DNA of 63,929 nucleotides, the filler included, from Octopus bimaculoides (Eukaryota), in the NCBI RefSeq assembly GCF_001194135.2. It is 9 parts of 8 records of this genome, joined end to end, with 100 filler letters (N's around TTAATTAATTAA, not from the genome) between each part and the next. Parts side by side here need not be neighbours in the genome. Positions count along the whole stretch, not along the records: positions 41,906 to 56,773 come from NC_069005.1; positions 56,874 to 62,796 come from NW_026358742.1; 7 more parts are not named here. The stretch is one strand, 5' to 3'. The translations under genes and the position numbers were made by a program. The number at the start of each line of letters is the position of its first letter. Position 1 is the first letter of the stretch. Positions 48,818 through 59,965 of this stretch are shown here, piece after piece. The notes under the pieces were generated by a model that was not told the DNA's origin, made no database searches, and saw only the letters and a list, made by a program, of their open reading frames with translations.

Positions 48818-49352
48818 CCATATATATATATAAATAGATAAATATGATTTAGGGAAAAACAATAAATTCTTCCCTATGAATTTTTTTCACGATAACTACT
48901 TGATAAATTCTTATATAAGAGTTTATCCTAATATTGTATAAATATATATATATATAATATATGTGTGTATGTGTGCACACATACACAATTATACCCCATG
49001 TATTTGTTGAAATTTTCATTTGAAAAGAGAGTTTTACAACTGAATAAACCTCTGAACTCTATCTAATAATAATAATAATGATAATATAATTTGTACATAG
49101 TAGGAAACATGTATCATGTATCATATTGTTTATACTATTTGTTTGTTTTCTTGTTTTGTTGGAGTTTTTTTTTTTTTTTTATGTAACAGCATAATATTGT
49201 GTTGTAATAAAAGTAGACTGCTATTGATTAGTATTGTCTGTTGTTTTGTTCTGGAAAAGACAAATTGTTTTAATAAGTGTAGGCATAGTTGTGGAGTGAA
49301 AAAGTTTCCTTTGCAGCCATGCTTCACTTGTGTTCATTTCCATTGTGTTGCC

Positions 49353-49701
49353 CAGTGTTTCTCAACCATTTTTTACTCATGGACTCCTTGGATTCATATT
49401 TTACTCAAATGGAGCCCTGTAGTTATACAATATTAAAAAAAATAATACTATTATGTTTTTATACNNNNNNNNNNNNNNNNNNNNNNNNNNNNNNNNNNNN
49501 NNNNNNNNNNNNNNNNNNNNNNNNNNNNNNNNNNNNNNNNNNNNNNNNNNNNNNNNNNNNNNNNNNNNNNNNNNNNNNNNNNNNNNNNNNNNNNNNNNNN
49601 NNNNNNNNNNNNNNNNNNNNNNNNNNNNNNNNNNNNNNNNNNNNNNNNNNNNNNATTTGGTAGACAGAAACTGAAAGAAGCCCATCATGTATGTATGTAT
49701 G

Positions 49702-49744
<43 letters not shown>

Positions 49745-50104
49745 TTGTGTCTGTGTTTGTTCCCCACCACCACTTGACAACTGGTGTTGCTGTGTTTACG
49801 CCCCTGTGTCTTAGCAGTTTGGGAAAAGGGACCGATAGAACAAGTACCCGCCTTAAAAAAAAAAAGTACCGGGGTCAATTCATTTGTCTAAAAATTCTAG
49901 GCGTTGCCCCAGCATGGCCACAGTCTAATGACTGAAACAAGTAAAAGATAAAAAGTAAATCAAATATCATTCGGAATTGTATAAAAAATTGTTAAAATAT
50001 TTGGTGTATTGTACACGTATAAGGAATTTATTACATATAAACTTCAACAACAAAGTCTTATATGAATCCCCAAATGTCGTGTGGACCCACGTTGAGAACC
50101 ACTG
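49353..50104. mobile_element. hAT-type non-autonomous element containing a nested SINE A (tail 49660-49950)
   Basis: Ends cagtgtttctcaacc and gttgagaaccactg; no clear 8-bp TSD. Confidence 0.6.
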
Positions 50105-50194
50105 ATGCAACATCTTGTTAACCCCTAGACGTTATTGACTCAAACCTTAGGACTCATAGGGCCAGTTACTCAGTTTCCATGGCCTGTAAGTGAA

Positions 50195-50525
50195 GACGCA
50201 TGGCTCAGTGGTTAGAGCGTCGAGCTTACGATTGTGAGGTTGCGAGTTCGAATCCCGGACCGGCTGCGTGTTGTGTTCTTGAGCAAGACACTTTATTTCG
50301 CGCTGCTCCAGTTCACTCAGCTGTAGAAATGAGTTGCGACGTCACCGGTGCCAAGCTGTATCGGCCCCTTTGCCTTTCCCTTGGATAACACTGGTGGCGT
50401 GGAGAGGGGAGGTCGTTATGCATGGGCGACTGCTGGTCTTCCATAAGCAACCTTGCCCGGACTTGTGCCTGGGAGGGTAACTTTCTAGGTGCAATCCCAT
50501 GGTCAGTCATGACCGAAGGGGGTCT
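50195..50525 (+). mobile_element. SINE family C, well preserved
   Basis: A box TGGCTCAGTGG, B box GTTCGAATCC, CORE-like gttgtgttcttgagcaagacactttatttc. Confidence 0.9.
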
Positions 50526-50849
50526 GAGCAAGTAGCCAAGACCGCAACATTCTTCCTGAATGGCAGGTTTGGTTCAGTGTAGGGTTACTCGTTTGCGGTT
50601 GAGTAGACTGAAGTAACATGAAATGAAGAGTTTTGTTCATGAACACAACACACCGCCACATCTGTGAATCAAAACCATGTTCTTGCAGTCAGGAGTGCAA
50701 TACCCTAACCACAGGGCCATGTGATTTCACTGTAGCATCTTGGGCAATTTTTTTTTTTTTTTTTTACTGTAGCCTTAGATCAAACAATGAATTGTCAAAG
50801 AATTTGATAGGCAGAATAGAAACAGTATGAAAAACCAAAATATAACCTT

Positions 50850-51000
50850 ACCTTTTACTTGTTTGTCATTGGACTAAGCCCATGCTGGGGCACCACCTTG
50901 GAGTCTGTTTTATTTTTAAGTTTAGTACTTATTTTTCTCAGTCTCTTTATCCAAACAACTAAGTTATGGGGGTGTAAACAAACCAACACAGGTTGTCATG
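50850..51000 (-). mobile_element. SINE family A tail
   Basis: cttttacttgtttgtcattggactaagcccatgctggggcaccacc. Confidence 0.75.
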
Positions 51001-51304
51001 CAGGAAGGCAACAAAATTAGACACACAGACATATTTCACTCACAAGGCATTGGTCAGTGTGTGTGTGTGTATATATATATATACATATGTTATTAACTAC
51101 ATATACTTAATGTATATGCTTTGTGTATTTACCAGGGGCTGCAATAGTGTGGCGGAATATATATACTTTCAAACTGCTAGGTGTGAAACACCTCAGACAT
51201 GGACAGGAGAGATAACTCGAGTGTTTTGCATATATATATATATATATATATAACACCACCTCTGGTTCTGTGATACAAAGCATCACATTTTAAAATATTC
51301 ATAT

Positions 51305-51502
51305 TTAATCTTTAGCATTGAAATCAGCCATATCAGGCCAAAACACTCAGCATCTTTTATATTCAAACTGGCCAGATCCAGCATTTTACACCTACTCTGC
51401 AATGTCATTCTAAAAATAAACATTAACATCATTGAAATCTTGAAGACTATGTGAAAAATAAGCATTATGTTTGATGAAGTAATCTGGATGTTAAAGGATT
51501 AA
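51305..51502. mobile_element. TTAA-flanked MITE (piggyBac-like ends)
   Basis: ttaatctttagcatt ... ggatgttaaaggattaa; one end of the same family occurs reversed at ~53995-54072. Confidence 0.65.
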
Positions 51503-52355
51503 GTTTTATGTTAGGATATTTCAATTGAAATACACTGACTTGATTTCAATTAATTTTGAAAATAATGGATGATTTAGTAAAATAATGGAGCAAAATTAAT
51601 GTAAAAAAAAAAAATGGAAATGAATTCAGTACAAATCAAAGACAGTTTGAATAACACATTTATTCAGAGCTGGCATTCTTAAAGCATCTCTCCACAATCT
51701 TGGAGAATTTAGCTTAATTAACAGAAGGAAAATTCCTCACATTTAAAGAGAAATGCAATTTTTCCTTCTTTTAACAGACTGACAGGAATATAAAGTGGAA
51801 CAGAAGATTTTACTTATCAGTTTAGAAAAAAAAAAAAAATTTCAATTTGGTTGGAAAGTCTGAATTTCTTTCAGTTCATTATAAAATAAGATAAACAAAA
51901 AAAAATATTTGCTTAATTACCAAATATTGAATATTTGGTAATTAATTATGTATTCGCTGTTATGATCCAATAACAACCATTCTTTAATGGTTCCATAGCA
52001 GGAAACAGACTTTGTCAAGCAATTCTCGCCAATATGCCATGTTCTTCAGTAAGCTGTTCTCCTCAAAGACAGGCAGTCCAACAGGTGGTGCTGGTAGCCG
52101 CTGTGCTAAGACCAAAAGAGTATGTTTGCTGCCATAGCAATACAACNNNNNNNNNNNNNNNNNNNNNNNNNNNNNNNNNNNNNNNNNNNNNNNNNNNNNN
52201 NNNNNNNNNNNNNNNNNNNNNNNNNNNNNNNNNNNNNNNNNNNNNNNNNNNNNNNNNNNNNNNNNNNNNNNNNNNNNNNNNNNNNNNNNNNNNNNNNNNN
52301 NNNNNNNNNNNNNNNNNNNNNNNNNNNNNNNNNNNNNNNNNNNNNNNNNNNNNNN

Positions 52356-52720
52356 CCTCCTCCTCCTCCTCATCATCGTTTAACGTCCGCCTTCCATGCT
52401 AGCATGGGTTGGACGATTTGACTGAGGACTGGTGAAACCGGATGGCTACACCAGGCTCCAATCTGATCTGGCAGAGTTTCTACGGCTGGATGCCCTTCCT
52501 AACACCAACCACTCAGAGAGTGTAGTGGGTGCTTTTACGTGCCACTGGCATGAGGGCGGCCAGTTAGGCGGTACTGGCAACGGCCACGCTCAAAATGGTG
52601 CTTTTTACGTGCCACCTGCACAGGTGCCAATTTAGCGGCACTGGCAACGATCTCGCTCGAATGGTTTTTAACGTGCCAGTAAGGCGACACTGGTAACAAT
52701 CATGCCCAAATGGTGCTATT
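52356..52720 (-). mobile_element. RTE-type 3' UTR/tail with internal ~60-70-bp tandem repeats
   Basis: catcatcgtttaacgtccgcc...ggatgcccttcctaac, homologous to 11700-11838. Confidence 0.85.
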
Positions 52721-53049
52721 TACTTATCCCTTCCCCCAAACATGCTGGCTTTGTGCTAAAATTCAAAATCAATACTACTACTAGATAAATTGGTCAATTA
52801 CGAAGAATTTATAAATTTCAAGAGAACATGAAATAATTCTTTTTTGGAACAGTGGATCTCCAAGCAGATGATAAAGCTATAAATTATAGTATGTAAATGT
52901 TAAGTTAAAAAACCCTTTGGCTAGAAAAGACTGAAGGTTGCCTATTGGCACTAGAACTTACGTCTGTAAAGATGACGGGGGCTCTACCATCGGACCAAAG
53001 CAATCCTTTGAATTTCTCCATTCATTTTTAGAAGTTTTATACTTACCAA

Positions 53050-53325
53050 TAAAATTGTTTACATGGACTTTGGGTGGTTCTTAAGAAAGAACATGGATGT
53101 CCTCAAAGGTTCAGATCCCTGCACGAAGGAAAGCAGGCCCTTGTAGTACAAAATAACAATACCTCATGCAAGCTTGTGGTGACAAATGGAGTTACACAAG
53201 GTGGGATGCTTGCTCCAGCACTGTTCTCTTTTTACCTTGCAGCAGTGTTGGAATTTGCTTTGAGGAAGTTGTAGAGGGAATCTGCATCCAGGCACAGCAT
53301 GATGCTGATCTGTACAATGCAGTAC
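53050..53325 (+). mobile_element. RTE/BovB-type RT remnant
   Basis: GCPQRFRSLHEGKQALV...VTNGVTQGGMLAPALFSFYLAAVL..A...GICIQ..HDADLYN resembles GCP.KF....H.GM.A.V...NGVKQGCVLAP.LF. Confidence 0.85.
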
Positions 53326-53498
53326 AATGACAGAACTCCTGTCATCTTTACAGGAGATGTGAGTTCAAACCCCATGAGGATCCTTTGACTTTTTCTGTCC
53401 AAAGGGCTTTTTTTTTTAAACCCACTATTTACACCCTATTGTTTATAGTTTCAAAGTTGACTTATTAACACCACAGAACAGCAGAAATTTTGACTTAC

Positions 53499-53533
53499 CT
53501 ATCCGAGCACATTTCCAGAATGTACCTAGGAAA
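53499..53533 (-). CDS. Candidate small exon (FPRYILEMCSD or FLGTFWKCARI depending on phase)
   Basis: Long poly-T tract plus ccag| acceptor (alternative cctag| 8 nt downstream) and TAG|GTAAGT donor. Confidence 0.3.
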
Positions 53534-53744
53534 CTGGAAATTGAAAAAAAAAAAAAAAAAAAAGAGCATTATTAAAGCATCTCCATAATATTAGTTACAG
53601 GGGAGGAAAATTATATAGTAGGTTATTACCACATAAGAATGAATAAATTTCTAGTAGCCTTAACGGGCAAGCTGGCAGAATCGTTAGCATGCTGGACAAA
53701 ATGCGTAGCAGCATTTTGTCCATCTTTATGTTTTGAGTTCAAAT

Positions 53745-53965
53745 TTGACTGAGGACTGGTGAAACCAGATGGCTACACCAGACTCCAATTTGATTTGGCA
53801 GAGTTTCTACAGCTGGATGCCCTTCTTAACGCCATATCATCATCATCATCATCATCATCGTTTAACGTCCGCTTTCCATGCTAGCATGGGTTGGACGATT
53901 TGACTGAGGACTGGTGAAACCGGATGGCTACACCAGGCTCCAATCTAATTTGGCAGAGTTTCTAC
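53745..53965 (-). mobile_element. Two adjacent RTE-type 3' tail fragments around a (CAT)n tract
   Basis: atttgactgaggactggtgaaacc.gatggctacaccag occurs twice. Confidence 0.85.
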
Positions 53966-54549
53966 ATGCATATATATATATACATCAGTAAAAGACTGAT
54001 CTAGCTAGTTTGAACATAAAGCAGGTAAAATATCTGGGCTGGATACGGCCAGTCTAAATGCTAAAAGGTTAAAATTGCGACAACTCAAACAAATATACAA
54101 TTAACAAGTCCAAAAGCAAATGAAGAATTAAATTAAAACTGATTTCAATAATACATACCCTTGTTTATTTTTGTCCAGGAGGGAAGGGAAAAATGCTCGC
54201 AGATATGTACAGGTACAGATCAACAACAACACTACTGTCAACAAACTTTGGAAGTTGAACAAAGCAGACTGCAATAAGAACAAAAATAATACATTAAGTA
54301 ACGATGATGCTGATAATGACGAGGAGGTATTCAGAGAAACTTATGGAAACATAACCAAGTAAAATCCCCAGCTGGCAACCAGTAGGGTGGAGGCTGTCCT
54401 CTCAACCAATATACTGCTGTAGGTGCTGCTGGATGACAAACTCTGGTGGTTATGTTATTCCATACTTTCCGCTGAAATTTTCAGGATGACATAGGACCGA
54501 GATGCCTGGCAGCTTGTTGTACTCAAGAAGACCCATACTCCACAGAAGA

Positions 54550-54775
54550 AGTATTAAGACTGGTCCCTCTCTGCTAGTGCCATGTAAAAAAGTGTCTGTG
54601 CAGTTCTACATAAAAGCACTCATATGGTGCCATGTAAAAGCACCCAGCACACTCTGTGAAGTGGTTGGCATTAGGAAGGGCATCCAACCGTAGAAACCAT
54701 GCCAAACCAGACTGGAGTCTGGTGCAGCTTACAGTTTGTCAGCTCTGGTCTTTAACGGACATTAAATGATGATAT
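54550..54775 (+). mobile_element. RTE-type 3' tail
   Basis: catgtaaaagcacccagcacactctgtgaagtggttggcattaggaagggcatcca...ggacattaaatgatgat. Confidence 0.85.
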
Positions 54776-54776
54776 A

Positions 54777-55090
54777 TAACGGGCTTCTTTTAGTTTCCGT
54801 CTATAAAATCCACTAATAAGGTTTTGGTCGGCCCAGGGATGTACTAGAGGATACTTACCCAAGGTGCCACACAATGGGACTGAACTAAGAATCATATGGT
54901 TTGGAAGCAAACTTATTAACACAGAGCCATGCCTGCACCAGTTTGTTTTATTTTTTTTGTAACGAAATGGATTCAGACTTAGCCCAGTGGTTCAGAAGTT
55001 TGCTTCTCAACTACTAGATCGATTCCACTACGTGGCACCTTGAACAAGTATCTTCTACTATCATCACTTCTTTGTGTAGACGGAAACTGC
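54777..55090. mobile_element. Two SINE family A heads, one on each strand (-, 54777-54937; +, 54985-55090)
   Basis: gggcttcttttagtttccgtct...ccaaggtgccacac; cacgtggcaccttgaacaagtatcttctactat. Confidence 0.8.
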
Positions 55091-55731
55091 GTGAATCGGT
55101 TACATAACAGGAAAAAATGCTGATAAACGATGCGTCAAGCAAAAAATGCTTTCCTCTTTTCTCTTGCCATCAGAAATGTAGTGTAATAATTAGTGATTGT
55201 ACTGTTGGGCACAGTTAACCAACAAACGACGCTATTGTTCACAATATGCTTGATGTATAATATAAAATGTAATGTACGATAGGTTAGCCTTTGAACCCTG
55301 GTTGCGTTAGACACCCGAATGTACGTCAAACCATGTAAGGTAAAGTTTAACGAACAAGAAACAGTGTCGTTTACAAGGTTTCGTGTATTTATAAAAGTTG
55401 GCAAATTTAGAGAGAAATTTTTCCTTTTACTTTCTCTCTCTCCCATGAAATGTTTCTCTCAAAACGTCAGCAAACTCAGCCATTATTTCAAATTACATAG
55501 ACACACACACACACATACATATATTCGAAACGCCGGTGTTAAAATGGGGGTAGCTGATGAATGAAAATGTTCTCTGTGGCTTGTGTGTTTTCTGTACTCT
55601 GGTTATTATTATTTTTTTTGTCCACGTTTTGTTTGCAATGTCCTGTACGCAGATATGCACCTATATATACAGGTAGACGTAGGTGTGCACATACCTGTAC
55701 GTATATATGCATATACTCATTTATTATTTGT

Positions 55732-55764
<33 letters not shown>

Positions 55765-56889
55765 ATTGTCTTTTAAATAATAACTGGTTGATATTATCTG
55801 TGAGTACAAGAGGATTCCATTCCACTTTCTACGAGAATTAATATTTCTTTATAAATTTAGATATTAAAGACAAACTGGAAAATGTGTCGATAAAAATTGA
55901 TACACACACACACACACTCATATACATACAGACGCACGCACACACACACACTATAGTATTCTGAGACACTCACACACTATAGTAATCCTGAGGCACTCGC
56001 ATCCTCCTCGAAATCGAAACCAAATTCCAAGAAGTAAGGCACTATTTGCCAATTATATATATTCGGAAATAAAGCAACGATACAAAATTTAGTTTGATAA
56101 GCGACCCTGGGCTGCGAAACTAGGTTTACTTTCAAAATTGATGCCAGTAGCTATTTGAAAGCACCGTCAAAAGTAATGTTATATACTTCTCACTAGGGTC
56201 GGCCCAGCAGCATTGTAGATCCTTAGGGATCATCACTGGACCCTGTAGCATTTCTTTATTGACAGCAAGCCTCAGCATACATAGATCAGAACTGCACCAC
56301 CACCTTCTCAAATTCGACTCCCCCTCCTGTATCTGTCCAGGATATAAGACCGCTGTGGTTATCCCACAGAACGAAAAACCTTGCTAGAAGTGTTTTCTCC
56401 TTGCGACAACACCCAAAAAGAACTTTTGATTGCGAACTGGATTTTGCTGACGTAAACTAACGTTAATTTCTTCAGACTCCGGTGCTCTATATTTTGTATA
56501 ATAGTCTTACATGTAACAAGGAACGGCTCCTTCCGTTTTGAGTTCGAATTCCACCGAGGCCAACTTTGCGTTTCAACTCTCCCCTGTCGATAAAATAACG
56601 GACTATTCAATCAGATGTGATTTTCTTTCTATTCGAATGACATAACATTCTATTAAACTTAGCATCGAACAGCAAATACTCGTTAAATATTTTTCATTTA
56701 ATAATGTTACAACTTTACATTAAGGAGTGAAGCGAATTATTTCCTGTAATTCAGGCCGCTTCGTGATCTCTGCNNNNNNNNNNNNNNNNNNNNNNNNNNN
56801 NNNNNNNNNNNNNNNNNTTAATTAATTAANNNNNNNNNNNNNNNNNNNNNNNNNNNNNNNNNNNNNNNNNNNNATGAGGAATTATGTAT

Positions 56890-57045
56890 ATTATTTACAT
56901 TTGACGGATATTTGTCCTCATCATGTATGTTGTTAACATAACGTTTCGGCTGATATAGCCTCCTGATGAAAGCTTGAGCGTATATAAGTTGAAACGTTGT
57001 GTTAACAAAGAAGATGACGACAAATATCCGTCAAATGTAAATAAT
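56890..57045. repeat. Fold-back whose junction lies inside a hammerhead motif
   Basis: attatttacatttgacggatatttgtc...aacgtttc versus gaaacgtt...gacaaatatccgtcaaatgtaaataat. Confidence 0.85.
56960..57001 (+). ncRNA. Minimal type-I hammerhead motif with canonical core; stem I damaged
   Basis: ctc CTGATGA A AGCTT gagcgtatat AAGTT GAAA CG TT gtg. Confidence 0.65.
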
Positions 57046-57053
57046 GTATACAA

Positions 57054-57112
<59 letters not shown>

Positions 57113-57169
57113 ATACATACACGCACATAGGCAGGTACAAAGACACATATATGTACTTTTGAGTACTCT

Positions 57170-58440
57170 TAGTTCGAGAGACATACAGCGGTGGCTGTCA
57201 TTTCATATAATTTATGATTTAATAGCTTTATGCAATTATTCTTCTAGGTTTAGGTAACATCTTTTTAACATTTGCTTCATCTTATCTCGTTATAATGCCA
57301 TAAATTCTTTTAACATTTATTAACATTTACGGCCTTTGACGTTCATAATAATCCATAATAATTCTTTTAACATTTTAATATCGCACCCTATATTTCCCAT
57401 TAAAAAAAAATTATTGATATAGTAGTCATGTAACATATCTACAGAACCTATATGATTTAAATTTATTTGCTTTCATCTCAATAATATGGCAATACTGGTT
57501 AATAGAAATGCTGGGATTCTGAGTTCTTGTAATTTTATTAGGAATATCAGTTGTGTTTTTCCTTTTCTTTTATTTATGGCCTTTCAATTCGTAACATCAT
57601 TACATCTGTATAGAGGTCCTTTCCAAATTGCGATATTTATCTAATGCAAATTTAGAAATACATTTTTTGTCGACACTAATTACTGTTTAAACTCCTTTCA
57701 TTAGTCTAGTATACGCAATTACTTGTCTGTACCAATACCGTTTTCGTCTTTACACTTTTGAGTATTGTCTCCGTTAGATTTCTCGTATTTTATTTGCATT
57801 TAACTATTTATAAGTCGTGGTTGCTGGCACTTTGATAATGCCTATCACTCTATATTATTTGCTTCCTTTTACGTTCTCTGGCTTGTTTCTCCTTTTGCTT
57901 TTCGTAGAAACCTTTCCATTTGACCTTCCAGTATTATCCTCGAATCATCTCCCCTAACTAAAGCTAAGGTTCTATCACTTCTTCACTAATTAATAGGAGG
58001 ACCTTATTAAGTGGCATGAAGTAAATGAAGAAATAATGTTGGCATTTGTTAACCATATCACTCCCTTGGTGTACTAAATAACATGACACAGTAAATGTTT
58101 TTGTTTTTCCAGAAGAACGTTGGCAACTGTCTTCGAATATGTTTGGTGGTGTCAAATATCATGCTTAGTACCTCCTGTCTGCTGGTATACGAGCCTGTTT
58201 TGCTAGTACCTTCGTTTATGAATGAGGCCGCTATAATTCTATAACTTTTGACCTCCTTTTGCTATCCCCCTTCAGAGATAGAAGGACGAAGTTTAAATTT
58301 TTGTCCCTACGTTTCTTGTTGCTAATTGAAAGTTTCTCTTGGTGTGGATATCTCGATTAATCAGCAAGTCACTGCTCGCTTATGTATTTTTGCTAAACCT
58401 GATGTGTTGAGATTTATGTAATGTATTACATAATCTTTTG
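57170..58440 (-). mobile_element. Heavily decayed RTE-type LINE (APE C-terminus and linker)
   Basis: Fragmentary motifs only: ISN-like, PAD.G.KH (cf. YPGAD.GSDH), RKAKGE, KCKDENG, LYTD, MKANK; many stops and frameshifts. Confidence 0.5.
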
Positions 58441-59081
58441 AACGTTTTGGATACTACATACCAGGCATGTGTATGTCGCAACACAATTGTAGCAGTATAA
58501 AATCACTCATTCGTCTATTTCATTATTTATATACGTATGTATATATTTATGCATATATATATGTGTTTGTGCGTGTGTGTGTGCGCGCGATTGTATTTGT
58601 GTGCGTGTATCTGTGTGTACTTTATAATATAATTTATTTTTTTTATTCATGAAAGCTTCCTTGTAACGTAAACTAATATATATATCGCAATGTTTATTTC
58701 AAACAGTGTGAGATCAACGTTTATAATGCAATCTCGTTAAGCGCTGAAAACGCTTTATGTGTACATATACGATGAAACTGAATGTGGGATAAAGAAATAA
58801 TAAAGAGATGTAATATAAACAAATTGAAAATATTGATATTATACGTAATTTGATATGATATATTGTAAAATTATCTAATTTAAATACAGGTAAATTTCAC
58901 TGAAAAGAATTAAATTTCTAACCGGAATGCAATAGATGCTTGTAATATTTGCATTTCGTTCGTAGTAAATATCGAAGGCACAGATCTTTCAGAAGAGGGA
59001 GAATACAAACAATGTCACGTGAACATTGCAACAATGTACGCTTTTCTATTAAACATTACGTAAAATAAAGGTTTCAAATTT

Positions 59082-59965
59082 TGATACAAGGCCAGCAATT
59101 TTGAGGGGGGAAGCAAGTCAATTACATTGACCTCAGTATTCTAATGTTACTTATTGCATCAATTCCGAATTGATTAAATGCAAAGTCGACTTCGTTGGAA
59201 TTTGAACTCAGAACGGACGAAATGCCACTGTTTTACAGGTTTTTCAATTCGTAACATTTTTACAGGTCTGCTAACGATTCTGACAGCTTCCCGTCTTAAA
59301 GCTGGTAATAATAGTGGTTTTACATTGTCAAAAGGCTAATACTTTCGAGGCTGGTGTATGTCGATTACACTGGCCCCAGTACTCAACTGGTACTTAATTT
59401 ATCGACCTCTTTGTGATGAAAAGCAAAGTCGATCTCGGCGGAATGTAAACTCAGATCTTAAATACGGACCAAATGCGCCTAAGTATCTTGCACGGCCAGT
59501 TCGCCTTAATCATAGGTAAAATAATCCCTCTTACGAAAGGCACAAAGCTTGACATTTTGAGAGAGGGCACTAATGGATTACATCGACTCCAGCGTTTCAC
59601 TGGTACATAATCTATCGACCCCGAAAGGATTAAAGGCAAAGTCGACCTCGGCGGAATATGAACTCAGGACATAGACACAGATGGAATGTTGCTAAGCATT
59701 TTTCCCAGCGTCCTAATGATTCTACCAGCTTGCCGCCTTAACGCTGGCAACAATATTAGTCTTAAGGTTTTGTACAAAGCCGGAAATTTTGAAGCTGGGT
59801 ATAAGTCGATTATATCGATCCCGGTGCTCGACTGGTACTTATTTCATCGACCCCGATATAACGAAAGGCAAAGTTACTCTCGGCGGAATTTGAGCTCAGA
59901 ACATAAATACGGACGAGATGCTTCTAAGCATTTTGCACGTCGTGTTAACGATTTTGCTAGCTAGC
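59082..59965 (-). mobile_element. Tandem array of four diverged SINE family B copies
   Basis: Units ~59082-59298, 59318-59510, 59535-59742 and 59765-59965, each with gcaaagtcgac.tcggcggaat. Confidence 0.9.

Noticed and set aside
50197-50270. tRNA-like sequence with A and B boxes
   Set aside because: No acceptor-stem closure, and it continues into a repeated SINE body; it is a SINE head, not a tRNA gene
56170-56235. Possible box C/D snoRNA (GTGATGA on the minus strand near 56230)
   Set aside because: No terminal CTGA box D or terminal stem at a suitable distance
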